Positions 27,406-42,768 are shown, numbered from the stretch's first letter. The stretch: DNA of 64,000 bases from Dictyostelium discoideum (GCA_000004695.1 CM000154.2:992001-1056000), one strand, 5' to 3'. Numbers and translations are program-made. The notes: generated from the sequence alone by a model not told the origin.

Positions 27406-28812
27406 CAACTAATAATAATAATAATAATAATAATAATAGTATTAATAATAATAACAATTTAAATGGTAGTGGTCAAAATATTAATACCAACCTTTCACCA
27501 TTCCAATTCTCAAAATCAAATATTGCTTATGTTAAATTATTATCAGTTTGTAAAAAATTGGTACTTTATGAATTAACCAAAAAACAATCAAAAATATTAA
27601 AATTAAAAGGTATGTTTAAAAAAAAAAAATAATAATATTGTAAAAACCATTCAAGTTTGAGCACTTTTCAAAATTTGAAAATTATGCATATTAATTTTAT
27701 ATGAGCTCCCATATAAAAATATTTGAAATTACAAAAAGTGCGCAAATTTGGATGGTTTTCACAATAATAATAATTTAAAAAATAGTACTAATATTAAAAA
27801 AATTAAAAAAAAATTTATAGAAATTTGTATAGATAATGAAGAATTTTATGTTGATATTGTAGATTCAGTTATTGATTATTTTGAACAAAATTCATATGTT
27901 TTACCAGATAATTCAACAGAATTAATAAAGAATTTGGTACAATTCTTTAAATCATTGGATGATTTAACAGTTCCATATCAAGTTTCAATGAGAATTATTG
28001 ATTTAGTTAATTCGATTGCATTCCAAAATACACCAGCCATTAGATTGCAAATGAAATCCAATGGTTTGGTTGAAATTAGAGATAACCTAATCATTCTATT
28101 ATTAGGAAATAGTAATACAAGAGCAGACTTTTTTAGTAAATTTGATTTCGAGTGTGTAGCTGATCAAAAAGCATTTAGAGATTCGGGTGGTTTATTATAT
28201 CTTTTACAATTTTTCCATCAATCCTATGGATCATTCGATAGACAAATGGAGATTTATCATGTATTAAAGAATGTAATGAGCTCAAGTAGTGAAGAGAATA
28301 GAAAAATCATTTCAAATATTTTAGAAGATCAAGTTACTATTCAAATGTTTTTTGGTGAAGATTTATTTGGTAAAAACAACAACAACAACAACACTAATAA
28401 CAATAGCAATAACAACAAAAAGAATCAAACTCCACCTACTTTAATTAATGATAATGATTTCAATTTCGTTGAATGGTTTAACTCTGAAGAACTATCATCA
28501 AAGAGATCAGATTTTAAGAATAGAATTGAAAAAGTGTTGGCACCAATTGAAAATAAATTCAATAATCAATTAGATAAACTTATGAAATTAAAAGAAAAGA
28601 GAATTAAACAACGTAGAGAAAAGATTTTCAAACAACAATCTGTAATCTCAAAACTATTACATGAAACAAATGAAAAACGTAGAATTCGTTCAAATAAAAT
28701 GAATTCACTTTATCTTGCAAAATCTCAATTAATTCCTTTTAAATCTCAAGAACGTTTAAAACTTGGTAAAGAAAGAGCATCACGTTTATCCCCTGTTTCA
28801 ATTTTAAATTAA
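19026..28812 (+). CDS. Neurobeachin/LRBA (Lvs)-like giant protein containing ARM-like helices, a ConA-like lectin domain and the DUF4704-like region, but no BEACH or WD40 region; proposed exons 19026-19126 (tentative), 19303/19316-19594, 19679-20136, 20230-21064, 21435-27609, 27821-28812
   Basis: ConA-like lectin-domain motifs are shared with LRBA/neurobeachin: 'FNFDGFDSCIKTGPIDKFPSARNGYTFSCWIRT' (compare FFNFPG…IAKWPYQNGFTFHTWLR), 'WNHVVLTHSKQKITLYVNGK', 'RGYFCGSMGTIHFFDG' and 'FIGGVNVHQTRCLKD…IHLCFPFLD'. Splice sites are 'cat|GTAAGT'/'atatAG', 'tt|GTATGT'/'aatAG', 'aag|GTAATT'/'aataaAG', 'g|GTATGT'/'tttatAG', all keeping the frame. The conservative start is the ATG at 19316. An upstream ATG at 19026 would add the exon 'MEAFRNIKNKFAKHMAARKIRVLWADYLKVADI'. 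The stop codon is TAA at 28810-28812. Confidence 0.65.
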
Positions 28813-28827
28813 TTTTAAAATCAATAA

Positions 28828-28828
<1 letters not shown>

Positions 28829-28858
<30 letters not shown>

Positions 28859-28882
28859 CAAACAAAACAAACAAAACAAAAC
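28829..28882. repeat. (AAAAC/AAACA)n pentanucleotide microsatellite
   Basis: 'aaacaaaacaaaacaaaacaaaacaaacaaaacaaacaaaacaaaac' lies just 3' of the neurobeachin-like gene. Its reverse-complement type (GTTTT/ATTTT)n lies at 32140-32230, and a (CAAAAAAT)5 octamer array at 32633-32672. Confidence 0.85.
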
Positions 28883-28951
28883 CTTTTTCATTTTAAAAAA
28901 ACCTAATACTTTTTGTTTTTATATTTAAATATATGCGTGTTTTGTTCTTTA

Positions 28952-28982
<31 letters not shown>

Positions 28983-29150
28983 AAATAAATAAATAAATAA
29001 ATAAAATAAATAAGTTATTATTATATATTAAGTTATATTTAAACTTAATGCGTGTGGGTGTTTTTGTGTGTTGATTTATATTATTACTACTATTATTATT
29101 ATTACATTTTTAATAAATAAGGATGGGTTGACAAAAATTCATTTATATTT

Positions 29151-30191
29151 TTAAAAGATTTCATCTCGGATTGGTGGTAATTGGAGGAAACTATCATTGT
29201 TTATAAAATGAGACTCTACCGATGGTACATTATGGAATAATGGTGATGATAAAATTGGTGACTGAGAGGTTGGTGTTAAAGAGAATGGTGATGCTGATGA
29301 TGATGATGAAAGTGATGATTTGAATAAAACATCACAACTTGGATAATTATTTTTATATTTGTTACAAATTGGAGGTGGTAATGAAATTGGCGTATTGGTT
29401 TCTATATTACCATTGTAACTATTATTATTATTATTATTATTATTATTGTTGTTATTAATATTATTAATGTTATTGAAATTTGGATGTGGTGTAGGTATTG
29501 AAACTAATTTCATACCATTTTTAATATTATTATTTTGAATTTGATTTTGATTTTGATTTTGATTTTGATTTTGATTATTTTGATTATTTAATAATAATTG
29601 AATTTGTTGTTGTTGTTGTTGAATTTGTTGTTGTTGTTGTTGGATTTGTTGTTGTTGAATAAGGAGTTGATCTTGTTTTTCTTTTTCAGAATCTTGGATT
29701 TGTTTTTCTAATCTTTTTTGTAATTGTCTTTTATGGAGTCTCTGTTCAAGTTCAAGTTTATATCCAACATTTGGGGAATTTAAATCTTGGATTGGTATCA
29801 AAGAAACTGGTGATAAAACTGGTGAACTACCATTTTGTGGAACTTGATATTGAGAAACTTTTAAAACTGGACTATTATTACCATTACTATTTGATGGAAC
29901 AACAGATGACTTGGTATGAGTTTTTTTTACTGTCACTTTACCAACCATTGGAGGAGAACTTGGAGAACTTGGAGAACTTGGAGAACTTGATAAATTAATT
30001 GAGTCATTTTGTAATAATTGTTGATTATTTTTATGTTTTAATTTTGGACTGCATGCTCTTGGTGATCCACTTTTTGGACTTGATGTTTTTGGACTACCAT
30101 TTTTTGAACTTCCTTTTTGGCCACATAATTTTGGACTTGATGGATCAGTCATGATAAAATCCCAAGTTGGCACTTTAAAATTTAAATTCAT
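29151..30191 (-). CDS. Hypothetical Ser/Pro/Gln/Asn-rich protein (346 aa, single exon)
   Basis: The ATG is at 30189-30191. The protein has SP-rich tracts ('SPKTSSPKSGSPRACSPK', 'SSPSSPSSPSSPP'), a central coiled-coil-like 'LELEQRLHKRQLQKRLEKQIQDSEKEKQDQ', and (QNQN)n and poly-Asn runs. It is probably a real low-complexity gene, but I have no homologue to anchor it. Confidence 0.45.
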   Translation of the reverse strand: MNLNFKVPTWDFIMTDPSSPKLCGQKGSSKNGSPKTSSPKSGSPRACSPKLKHKNNQQLLQNDSINLSSSPSSPSSPSSPPMVGKVTVKKTHTKSSVVPSNSNGNNSPVLKVSQYQVPQNGSSPVLSPVSLIPIQDLNSPNVGYKLELEQRLHKRQLQKRLEKQIQDSEKEKQDQLLIQQQQIQQQQQQIQQQQQQIQLLLNNQNNQNQNQNQNQNQIQNNNIKNGMKLVSIPTPHPNFNNINNINNNNNNNNNNNNSYNGNIETNTPISLPPPICNKYKNNYPSCDVLFKSSLSSSSSASPFSLTPTSQSPILSSPLFHNVPSVESHFINNDSFLQLPPIRDEIF

Positions 30192-30551
30192 TTTATTTTT
30201 TTATTTTTTTAATTTTAAATTATTTTTTTATTTTTATTATTTATTTATTTATTTATCAATTTTAAATACTATTATTTTTTTTTATTATTATTTATTTGAA
30301 AAATATTAAAAAAGAAAAAAAAATTAGAAAATAAAATTTGTGATTAAATACTGGAAATTGGGTTATGAATGAGAGAGAAATTTAATTATTTAAAAAAAAA
30401 AATAGATTTTTTTTTTTAAAAAAAGTTATTCAATTATTTTAAAAAAGATTATAATATTACGATTTATTATTTATTTTATTAATATAATTATTTGAAAGTT
30501 TGAAAATTCTATTTTAAAAAATTCTATTTATATTAATTAAAAGAAAAGTTA

Positions 30552-30587
<36 letters not shown>

Positions 30588-30750
30588 AAAAAAAAAAATA
30601 AAATAAAAATATAATAATATTGGATTCCAAAAAAAGACACAAATACAATGGGACCCTTTTTTAAAAAAAAAAAAAGTTTATATGTATTTTTATCTTTTTT
30701 TTTTTTTTTCCTCAAAGAATCGGTGTTTTAATTCTAATTATTATTATTAT

Positions 30751-30791
<41 letters not shown>

Positions 30792-31675
30792 GTAATTTTT
30801 AAAAACAAGTTCAATTTTAATAATGAGATTCAAGAGTGATTGACTTAAAAAGAGGTTATATATAACATTTCAATACTCATACACTCTATATTAAATTTTA
30901 ACCCCCACCACCACACAGCCACTAATATCATTTAAAAATAACATCAATGTTATGCCCTTTGAAAAAAAAAATAAAAAACAACACACTTTTTCGCAAAAAA
31001 AGATTAAAAAACTTCATATTATTTTTTTTTTCAAATAATTAATAATTTAATACACCCCAACGCCCATATTAATATAATCAAAAAAGAATTTGATATCATA
31101 TTTTTTTTTTTTTTTTTTTCTTATATTACATTGGATTTCATTAAAATATGTTTTTTTAACGGCAATTATTTTTTTTTTTTTCTATAAATGGACTTCCAAA
31201 AAAAAATTTAATCAATTTTTCACACATACAAAAAACAAATTTGTCAGCAGGATATTTTAAAAAATTTCAATATTTTCAGAGATTGTATCTATAAAAAATA
31301 ATTTCCTATTAATAGAATTTTAATTAATCACAATCATTAATCGCCTCTAAAAATAGAAACTAAAAAAATCAAATTTTTAATCACAATACATATTAAACTT
31401 AATTTTTTTTTAATAATTATAGAATACATAATATCAATATTTTCACTTTGGCCTTATTAATATAATGATTATTGATATTTTCTTACAAAAAAAAAAATTA
31501 ATTATAAAAATAAAATATAATAAAGAATTGGGTTTAAATTGTGCTATTAATGTGTGGTTTAATTGTTTTGAACAAGTGAGAACAGGATAGGTTTTTTTTA
31601 AAAAAAAAAAATAAAAAAAAATAAAAAAAAAAAATAAAAATTAATTTGATTATATTTAATTATTAATTTTATTTA

Positions 31676-31708
<33 letters not shown>

Positions 31709-32940
31709 TGAATCTTGATTAAAAAATTAAAATTAATTTGTACAAAATTAAACATGCTGTAGCTTTTATAATTCTAAATTTAGGAATGTTCGATTGAATT
31801 AATTTTTTAAATCCTCCTTTAAATTTGTGGATGTCTTTTTTGATTATGTGATTTTTTTTTTTTTTTTTTTTTAACATCACCAATCAATCAAAAAAAAATC
31901 TGATAACGATTCATTATCTTTCAAAAAGAGTTTATAATATCAATTTTATCATAAGTAATTATTTTTGAAATTTCTTATAATTTTTAAAAAACATTATTTT
32001 GAAATTATAAAAATAGAAAAAAATCCTTTGGCCCAAACTTGCAACCTATTTTTTTATTTTGATTAATTTTTATATTATTTTATTTATTTATTTTTTTCCC
32101 TTTTATTTTTTTTATTTAATTTAATTTTATTTTATTTTATTTTATTTTGTTTTGTTTTGTTTTATTTTGTTTTGTTTTATTTTGTTTTATTTTATTTTAT
32201 TTTTGTTTTATTTTTTTGTTGTTCAATAAAATAATTTTTACTCTCCCATTAGTACTTTTTCGATTCGATAATTTAAGAAATAATACAGAACCAAAAAAGT
32301 TTGAATCTAATTACATTATTTTTTTTTTAATTGAATTTTTCTAATTTAATTTTAATTTTTTTTTTTTTTTTTTTTTTTTTTTTCAAAATTTTTTAATTAA
32401 ATTTTTTAAATTAATTTTAAATTTTTTTTTTTTTTAATATTTTCTAAAACAACTTAAACAGTCACCATGTGTCAACAAAGAAATAACATTTTTTTTAATA
32501 ATCCTCAAAATAAATTTTTAGTTTAAAAATCAATTTTTTTTTTTTTTTTACTCTTTTTTTTTTTTTCAATTGTCTTTACAAAAAAAAAAAAAAAAAAAAA
32601 AATAAAAATAAAATAAAATAAAAACAAAAAATCAAAAAATCAAAAAATCAAAAAATCAAAAAATCAAAACCGAAAAAGTGATTCGTTCGTTTTACAAAAA
32701 AAAAAAAAAAATAAAAATAATCATTCTGAAAAATAATTGTCATCATTTTTTTTTTTTTTATTTTTTTTCGAAATAAAATTTTAAAAAAAGGTTTTATAAA
32801 CTTATTTTATAAACTTATAATTTTATAATTATTTTTTATTTTTTATTTTTTATTATAAAATAATAATATAAGAAAAATAATTTAATAATATAAGAAAAAT
32901 AATTTAATAAATAATTTTGTTGGAATAAAATCTTAAAGGA

Positions 32941-34224
32941 ATGGAAAATCATAATAATTCTTTAAAATTGGGTATTAATTCTAATGATGAATTCCCACCA
33001 CCACCACCACCACCACCACCATCAACAACAACAAAACCAACATTTTCATCAGAACAATATATACCAAGAGCAATTATTTTAGAGATTGTTAAAGAGATTT
33101 CTGAATCTATTCCAAAGTTTCGCGAAAAGAATTATTTTTTCTCTCATTCGTCAAAAAAGGAAGAATCAACAATTGATCGTAAATCAATACAATATCACTC
33201 AAATAGAATATTATTAAAAGATTTAATTTTAAATGATAAAGAAAATAAAGAAAAAATTATTTATAAAAATTCAACAATTACTAATAATAAAAATAAAAAA
33301 GAAGAAGAAGAAGAGAAAGAAGAAGAAGAGGAAGATCAAGTAAAAGAAATAAAAGAAGAAGAAGAAGATAAAGAAATTGAAACTATTCATATTTGGCAAC
33401 CAAAAGTATTAAAACAAAGAAAGAATGATAGTTGTGGATATTATTGTTTATATAATTCATTAACTATATTAAATAGTTGTTTCATTGGTACTGAAGAGGA
33501 AGCTAAATCAATCTATTCAGAATATTTGGAGAGTAGAGTATTATTTTGGCATTTCTATTGGGTATCGATAAAATTATTCCTAGAGAAATCTAAACAAAAG
33601 AAAAAAGATAAACAATCAAGATATCCATGGAATGAAAAGTGTATTCTAAAGGGTGTATTAGAGAGATCCTATGTGGAATATATGTTTAAAAGCGGTGTAA
33701 ATGATAATATGAATATGATAAGTCGTCAACATTATCCAATCACAGTTTTACCAGACTGGGCCATTCAGTCATTGAAAAACAATCGTTTACCAATCGATGA
33801 AATTAAAGAAATGGAACGAATTTCACAACTATTTAAATCAAGTTCAAACTATACCCATGTATTTATGATTGGTCAATCGATTCATTGGATTACCATAGTA
33901 ATCAATAAAGTTAACAATCATTCGGAATTAATCGTTTTGGATAGTAGAAATCATAATTTACTTGGTGCTACCGATGATGAAGTAATGCAATTGGTTAACA
34001 AACATCCAGAACTCTCTGACCATATGAGAAAAAGTTATCTCTTCTCTTTAATTGAACCAAAATTAATTGTCCAAATTTTAAAAGATTGTATGTTGGGTGA
34101 TGCAGATTTAACTAAAACTTTATTACAATTAAATTTAACTTGTTTCTTGGAAAATTTCTATTCACATGTAAATAATCATAATGATAATGATAATACTTTA
34201 TCAATTTTTAATAATTTAAATATA

Positions 34225-34293
<69 letters not shown>

Positions 34294-34420
34294 TATAAAA
34301 CTACCAATATAACAACTACAACCAAAACAACAACTAAAACTACTTCTATTTCATCATCATCTTCAATGACAACAACAACATTTACATCATCAACATCAAC
34401 ATCATCAACATCAACATCAA

Positions 34421-34475
<55 letters not shown>

Positions 34476-34749
34476 CTCAAATATAACACAACAACAACAA
34501 CTTATTTATTGGCTAGAGAATTACTGGCCACCATCAGTTATTGAATATAATATATGTCAAGTTTTAGATTCAATAATAACAACAAAAGAAGATATGGATA
34601 AATATTTAGAATGCCATATATTAGAATCACTCTCAGTTTGGATTAAAAGTACTTCTGATCATTTAAAAAATCATTCTGATGTTAAATTAATTCAAAGATT
34701 TTCAGTTACAATGAATTGGTTTGATAAAAAATTTTTAAATTTCCAATAA
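32941..34749 (+). CDS. Papain-fold cysteine protease domain protein (Josephin/MJD-like or UfSP/ZUFSP-like) with long Asn/Ser/Thr low-complexity C-terminal half
   Basis: The ATG is at 32941 in a single ORF. A candidate catalytic Cys sits in 'QRKNDSCGYYCLYNSL' (compare Josephin 'Q…CAQHCLNNLL' and UfSP 'GWGCGYRN'). A candidate His/Asp sits in 'SIHWITIVINKVNNHSELIVLDSRNH' (compare Josephin 'HWFTVRKLGKQWFNLNS' and UfSP 'FLILDPH'). The order Cys → His → Asp/Asn fits both families. Confidence 0.55.
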
Positions 34750-34956
34750 TCAACCTTTTTTTTTTTTTTTTCCTTAACAATTTTTTATTTATTTTTTTTT
34801 TTTTCCAACTTTTACCTTTTCCTTCTCTTTTTTTTTTTTTTAAAAAAAAAATTTTAATAAAGAAAAATAAATAACATTTTATTAAACTATTTTTTTAATT
34901 ATTTTAAATTTTATTTTATTATTATTTTTTATTTTATTTTAAAATTTATTTTATTA

Positions 34957-36573
<1,617 letters not shown>

Positions 36574-37613
36574 TTTTTTTTGGATTTTTTTTTCTTGTAC
36601 AAAAACGTTTTACGAATTATTTAAAAAAAAAAAAAAATAAAAAATAAAATGAAAAAAAAAAAAAATAAAAAAAAAATAAAAAAAAATAAAAAAATAACAT
36701 TATTAAATTACCCAAATAATCTATATCTAAAATAAAAAAAATAAAAAAAAAGAAAATTATATTTTTATAAAACTTAAAAAAACAGATTTTAATTTATAAA
36801 TCTGTTTTTTTGTTTTTTTTTAATTTAAAAAAATCTTTCAATTAATTTTTAATTTTTTATTCGATTTTTGTTATTTTTAAATTTTATTTCATTTGTTGTT
36901 TTTAAAAAAAAAATAAATGAATTAAATCTGGATTATTTTTTTTATTTTTTTTTTTTTTTCTCGTTGTTCCTTAGGAAATAAAAAAACAATTACAAAAATT
37001 GAATGACAAATAAAAAATTCTTAAAATATTAAAAAAAAAAAAAAAAACAGGATTGTTTCATTCATTTTTTTTATGTTTTAAATCATTTTGTGTATTTTTG
37101 AGTGCTCTATTTTTATATACCAAATTCATTTAGAAATAAATAAAATTATGTCATTGTTTAAATAAAAAAATAAAAAATAAAAAAAGAAAATATTAATATT
37201 TATTAATTGTGTTTATTAATAATATTATTTTTATTTTTTATTAAATTAAAACATAAAAAAAACTTGAAAGTGAATCTAAACATTTTTTTTTTTTTTTTCT
37301 TTAAACTTGATTTGTCACCAATCGAAAAATCATTTGACTTTGTATTTGGCGCCTAAATTTAAAATTCCAAAAAAAAAAAAAAAAAAAATTTTTCTTTTTT
37401 TTTTTTTTTTTTTTTTTTTTCTTTATTTAATTTAATTTAATTATTTTCTTCCCCATTCGTTGGACAACAATAATTAATTAAAATCTTTATTTTTTTTTTA
37501 TTGTTAATAATAAAAAAAATAATCACCTTCACACACACAACACACACACCAATCTTCACTGTAAATAGATTTGTAAATTACTAAAAAAAAAATAAAATAT
37601 AAAAAAAAAAAAG

Positions 37614-38307
37614 ATGGAACAAATTGATAAAATAGAAATACTTCTAAGAGAATATTCATATTTAGCAATGGGAAAAATAAGAGAGGTAGAAATATTATTA
37701 AAGTCATCAAGATTATTTGAAAATATACCAAAACAATACCACGATCAATGTGTAGTTGGTTTATTTGCCATTTCAATTATTTTAGTTTCCTTAATGTTTT
37801 CATTAATCTTTAAAAAAGGTTCATCAAATAAAAAAAAACAACTTGTAAGTGTTATCCTTATTTTTTGAATTTTTTTATTTTTTTATTTTATAAAATTATT
37901 AATTAAAGTTTATAAAGAAAACACAAAATAAACAGCAAACACCAATTAAATCACCAATTAAACAACAACAAACTCCAAATAAGAAACAACAAACTCCAAA
38001 TAAACAACATCAACAAACTCCAAACAAAAATCAAACTCCAAATAAAAATCAAACTCCAAATAAAAATCAAACTCCAATCAAATCACCAAAGGTTTCATCA
38101 AATAAATTTGAATACCCAGAAGATGACCAACAACACGAAGAATATATTTCACCTGAAAAACCAGCCGCTCGTAAAGCTAAAACTCCATCAAAGAATAAAT
38201 TGAACATGTGCTTTAGTCCACCAACTGATGCCACTCGTAAGAGAGTACCAGTAACTAGATTTGCCACCGATGCTTCAATCAATTCTAAAAAGAAATATTC
38301 AAAATAA
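37614..38307 (+). CDS. Small single-pass membrane protein with a (QTPNK)n repeat tail; exons 37614-37844 and 37909-38307
   Basis: The ATG is at 37614. A TM helix 'VVGLFAISIILVSLMFSLIF' is present. Donor 'ctt|GTAAGT' is at 37845 and acceptor 'aattaaAG' at 37908. Exon 2 encodes six 'QTPNK'-type repeats and the C-terminus '…KRVPVTRFATDASINSKKKYSK*'. Confidence 0.55.
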
Positions 38308-38354
38308 TTATTTTCATTTGATCCTTTTTAGGTTTCTTTGCTTTTTTTTTTTTG

Positions 38355-38402
<48 letters not shown>

Positions 38403-38841
38403 AGCAAGTATCAATATTATGATTAATAATATCTAATTATAATAAATTTTAAACTAAAAAAAAAAAAAAAAAAAAAAAATTAAAATTAAAAATAAAAAAA
38501 AAAATTAAAATTAAAATTAAAAAAAAAATTAAAAATTTTTATTATTAAAAAAAATATATTTGTTTCATTTTCTTAAATTTATGAAATTTCAAAATTTTTA
38601 GTGATCATTCAAACGAAAGCTAAAAACTAACCAGGGGTCGGGTTTTATACCTGAAAAAAAAATTAAAAATAAAAAAAATAAAAAAAAAATTAAAAACCCA
38701 ACAAAACGTAGGTGGGAAAAAAAAAATATCTTGAAACCTTTTTTTTTTTTTTTAAATTTTTTTTTTTTTTTTTTTTTTTTTCACCAATATTATATTTTAA
38801 TTTACAAATACTCCTTTATGTATCTATTAGATTTTTAGAAA

Positions 38842-40427
<1,586 letters not shown>

Positions 40428-40757
40428 TAATAATTTACTTTTAACAAATATATTAATCGGGTAATAAAATAAATTGTAAATAAAAAATTTAAAAAATTAA
40501 AAAAAAAAAAAAAACAGATAGACAATATCTTTTTTTAATTATTTTTTTTTTTTTTTTTTTATCAAAATTAAAGTGGGTTTGTTTTTTTTTTTTTTTTTTT
40601 TAATTTTTAGTGTAATAAAGACAATACTTTTTTTTTTTCATCCTTTAAATAATAATTAACATATATAAATTAAATTCCAAGGTTTAAAAAAACAAGGGGA
40701 ATTCCTTTTTTTTTTCCCATTCTTCAAATAATTAATAATATTAATATATATATTTAA

Positions 40758-42031
40758 AATGGATAATAAAAATGAAATACTATTTTGGAAAGTTTTTAAA
40801 AATCAATATCAACTAAAAATAATATTTTATCAAATAAAAAAATACAGAATGGGAAGTTATTAAAGATCCATTTAGAATCAATGAAAACAATAAGATTAGA
40901 TTAAACGATGTAAACAGTTTATCACGTTTATTAAAAAGTTTTTCATTATTTAAATATAAAATTGAAAATCAAGATTATATTAATATTAAAAAACATGAAA
41001 TTCAATCATTTTTCAATGGTAGTTTAATTAATAATTCAAAGGAACCTTTGAAATTTAAATATTGTTTAGAGACATTATCAAAGAGAAGAATTGATTTTGA
41101 AAATTGTGATTTAACAAAAGAAGCAATTAGATATAAAAACATTGAAGCATTGAAAGTATTAATTAATAAACCTTATTCAATGATAGTTTTTCAATCTTCA
41201 TTTGAATATGCAATTAAATTTTGTTCAGCAATACTCGTAAAAGAGATTTTAATTACAAATGAAAATAGTCACAGCAATCCAATATTAAAAATTTCAAAAA
41301 ATGAATTAATTGGAATGAATTTATTAAAATTGGCATCAGGAAATTATTTCCATTTTGAAGAAATGCTAAATTTAATATTATTCAACGAAATCAGTTTTAA
41401 ATTATATAATGAAAATTCAAAAATTAATTTTATTTCATTTAAAAAAATAAAATCTTATAAAATATTAAAAAGATTAATGGATGAAGATTTAGTTGAAAAC
41501 CCCAACTCTAAATCCAATCACTTTTGAAAATTATAATTTAAATGATCCATTAGAAATAATTTTAATAATTTTAAATATTAGTTTCAAATATTTTTGTGAA
41601 ATTTATTTTGATTGTTTTATAGGTAAAAATAACTTTTTAAAAGTAACAAAAGAATTTAAATTAAAAATTGATCAAATAAAATGGAACAATTTTTAATATC
41701 ATTAAAAATCAACCAAGAAAATAAATTTAAACAATTGGAAAAATTCTATATTGAAGAAATGGATAATCCATTCCTTAAAGGTTTCGTTAATGGTGAAATA
41801 AAATATTGTGAATTAGTTAAAAAATATTATCCAAATCAATTCAAAATAACAAAATCATCAATTATAAAAGCAATTTCTTTTGATAATATCCATATTATAA
41901 AATATTATTATCAAGAAAAAAATTATATTGGTTTAAATAATTCATTTAAATCTGATATTCAATTATTTGAATTTTTAATTTTAGAATTAAAAAATCATCA
42001 AGATTATAAATTACATTTAGAATGGTTATAA
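40758..42031 (+). pseudogene. Frameshifted copy of an amoeba-specific gene family (N-terminal 'LFWKVFKN…' motif, ankyrin-like helical repeats)
   Basis: 'MDNKNEILFWKVFKNQYQLKIIFYQIKKY' terminates after 34 codons. The homologous reading then continues in three successive frames (41048-41527, 41493-41696, 41681-42031) over ~1.2 kb. No GT…AG pairs restore a single frame. Confidence 0.55.
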
Positions 42032-42768
42032 TAAATGAATAAATAAATAAACAAATTATTATTATTAATTATTATGTATTATTATTAATTATTATTATAT
42101 AAAACAAGTGATAATTAAATTTTAAGAAATCACAAAATCTGTTTTTTTTCTAAATTTTTAATCAAAAAAATATTGTTTTTTTTTTTTTTTTTTTTATCTC
42201 AAAAAAAAAAAAATGAGAAAATAATAAAAATCTTTTAAGAAAATTGAAAATTATTAAAAAATTACATTCCCATAATAATGATATTGTTGACCTTTATTTA
42301 TCAAAAAACTATTTTTAAATTAAAACTTTAGTAACACAAAAAAAAGCATTATTTTTTTAAAACAAACAAAAATGGATAGTCGCTATCACTTTATTTAGTG
42401 CAAGGTGTATCCATACTTTGAAAACCTGCCACCCCAAAAAAACAAAATTTGTTGGTTGAGGCATTATGGGAATTCTTTCTAATCCCCAACCAACTCCCCA
42501 TTTTAATTTAAAGAAAAAAAAAATAATAAATAAAAAATAAATATTAAATAAAAAATTATAAAAATTAATAAATAATATTTTTATTAATTATATTTTTATA
42601 ATTTTTTTATTTTAAGTTTTTATTTAAATTTTAATTTTTAAGGAAAACATTTTAAAAAATTAATATTTCTATTATTATTATTTTTATTATTATTATTAAA
42701 ATTATTATTTTTATTTTTATTTTATTTTTTTTATTTTTTTATTATTATTTTTTTTTTTTTTTTTTTTT

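Noticed and set aside
27610-27632. Reading the neurobeachin-like ORF on to the TAA at 27630-27632 ('KGMFKKKK*') as the gene end
   Set aside because: A strong GTATGT donor sits at 27610. The in-phase acceptor 'aaatttatAG' at 27819-27820 joins to a further 330 codons of the DUF4704-like region with the same domain logic. Termination at 27632 remains a possible alternative isoform.
38067-38282. 71-aa minus-strand ORF
   Set aside because: It is antisense to exon 2 of the small TM/QTPNK-repeat gene, and the sense frame is much better supported.
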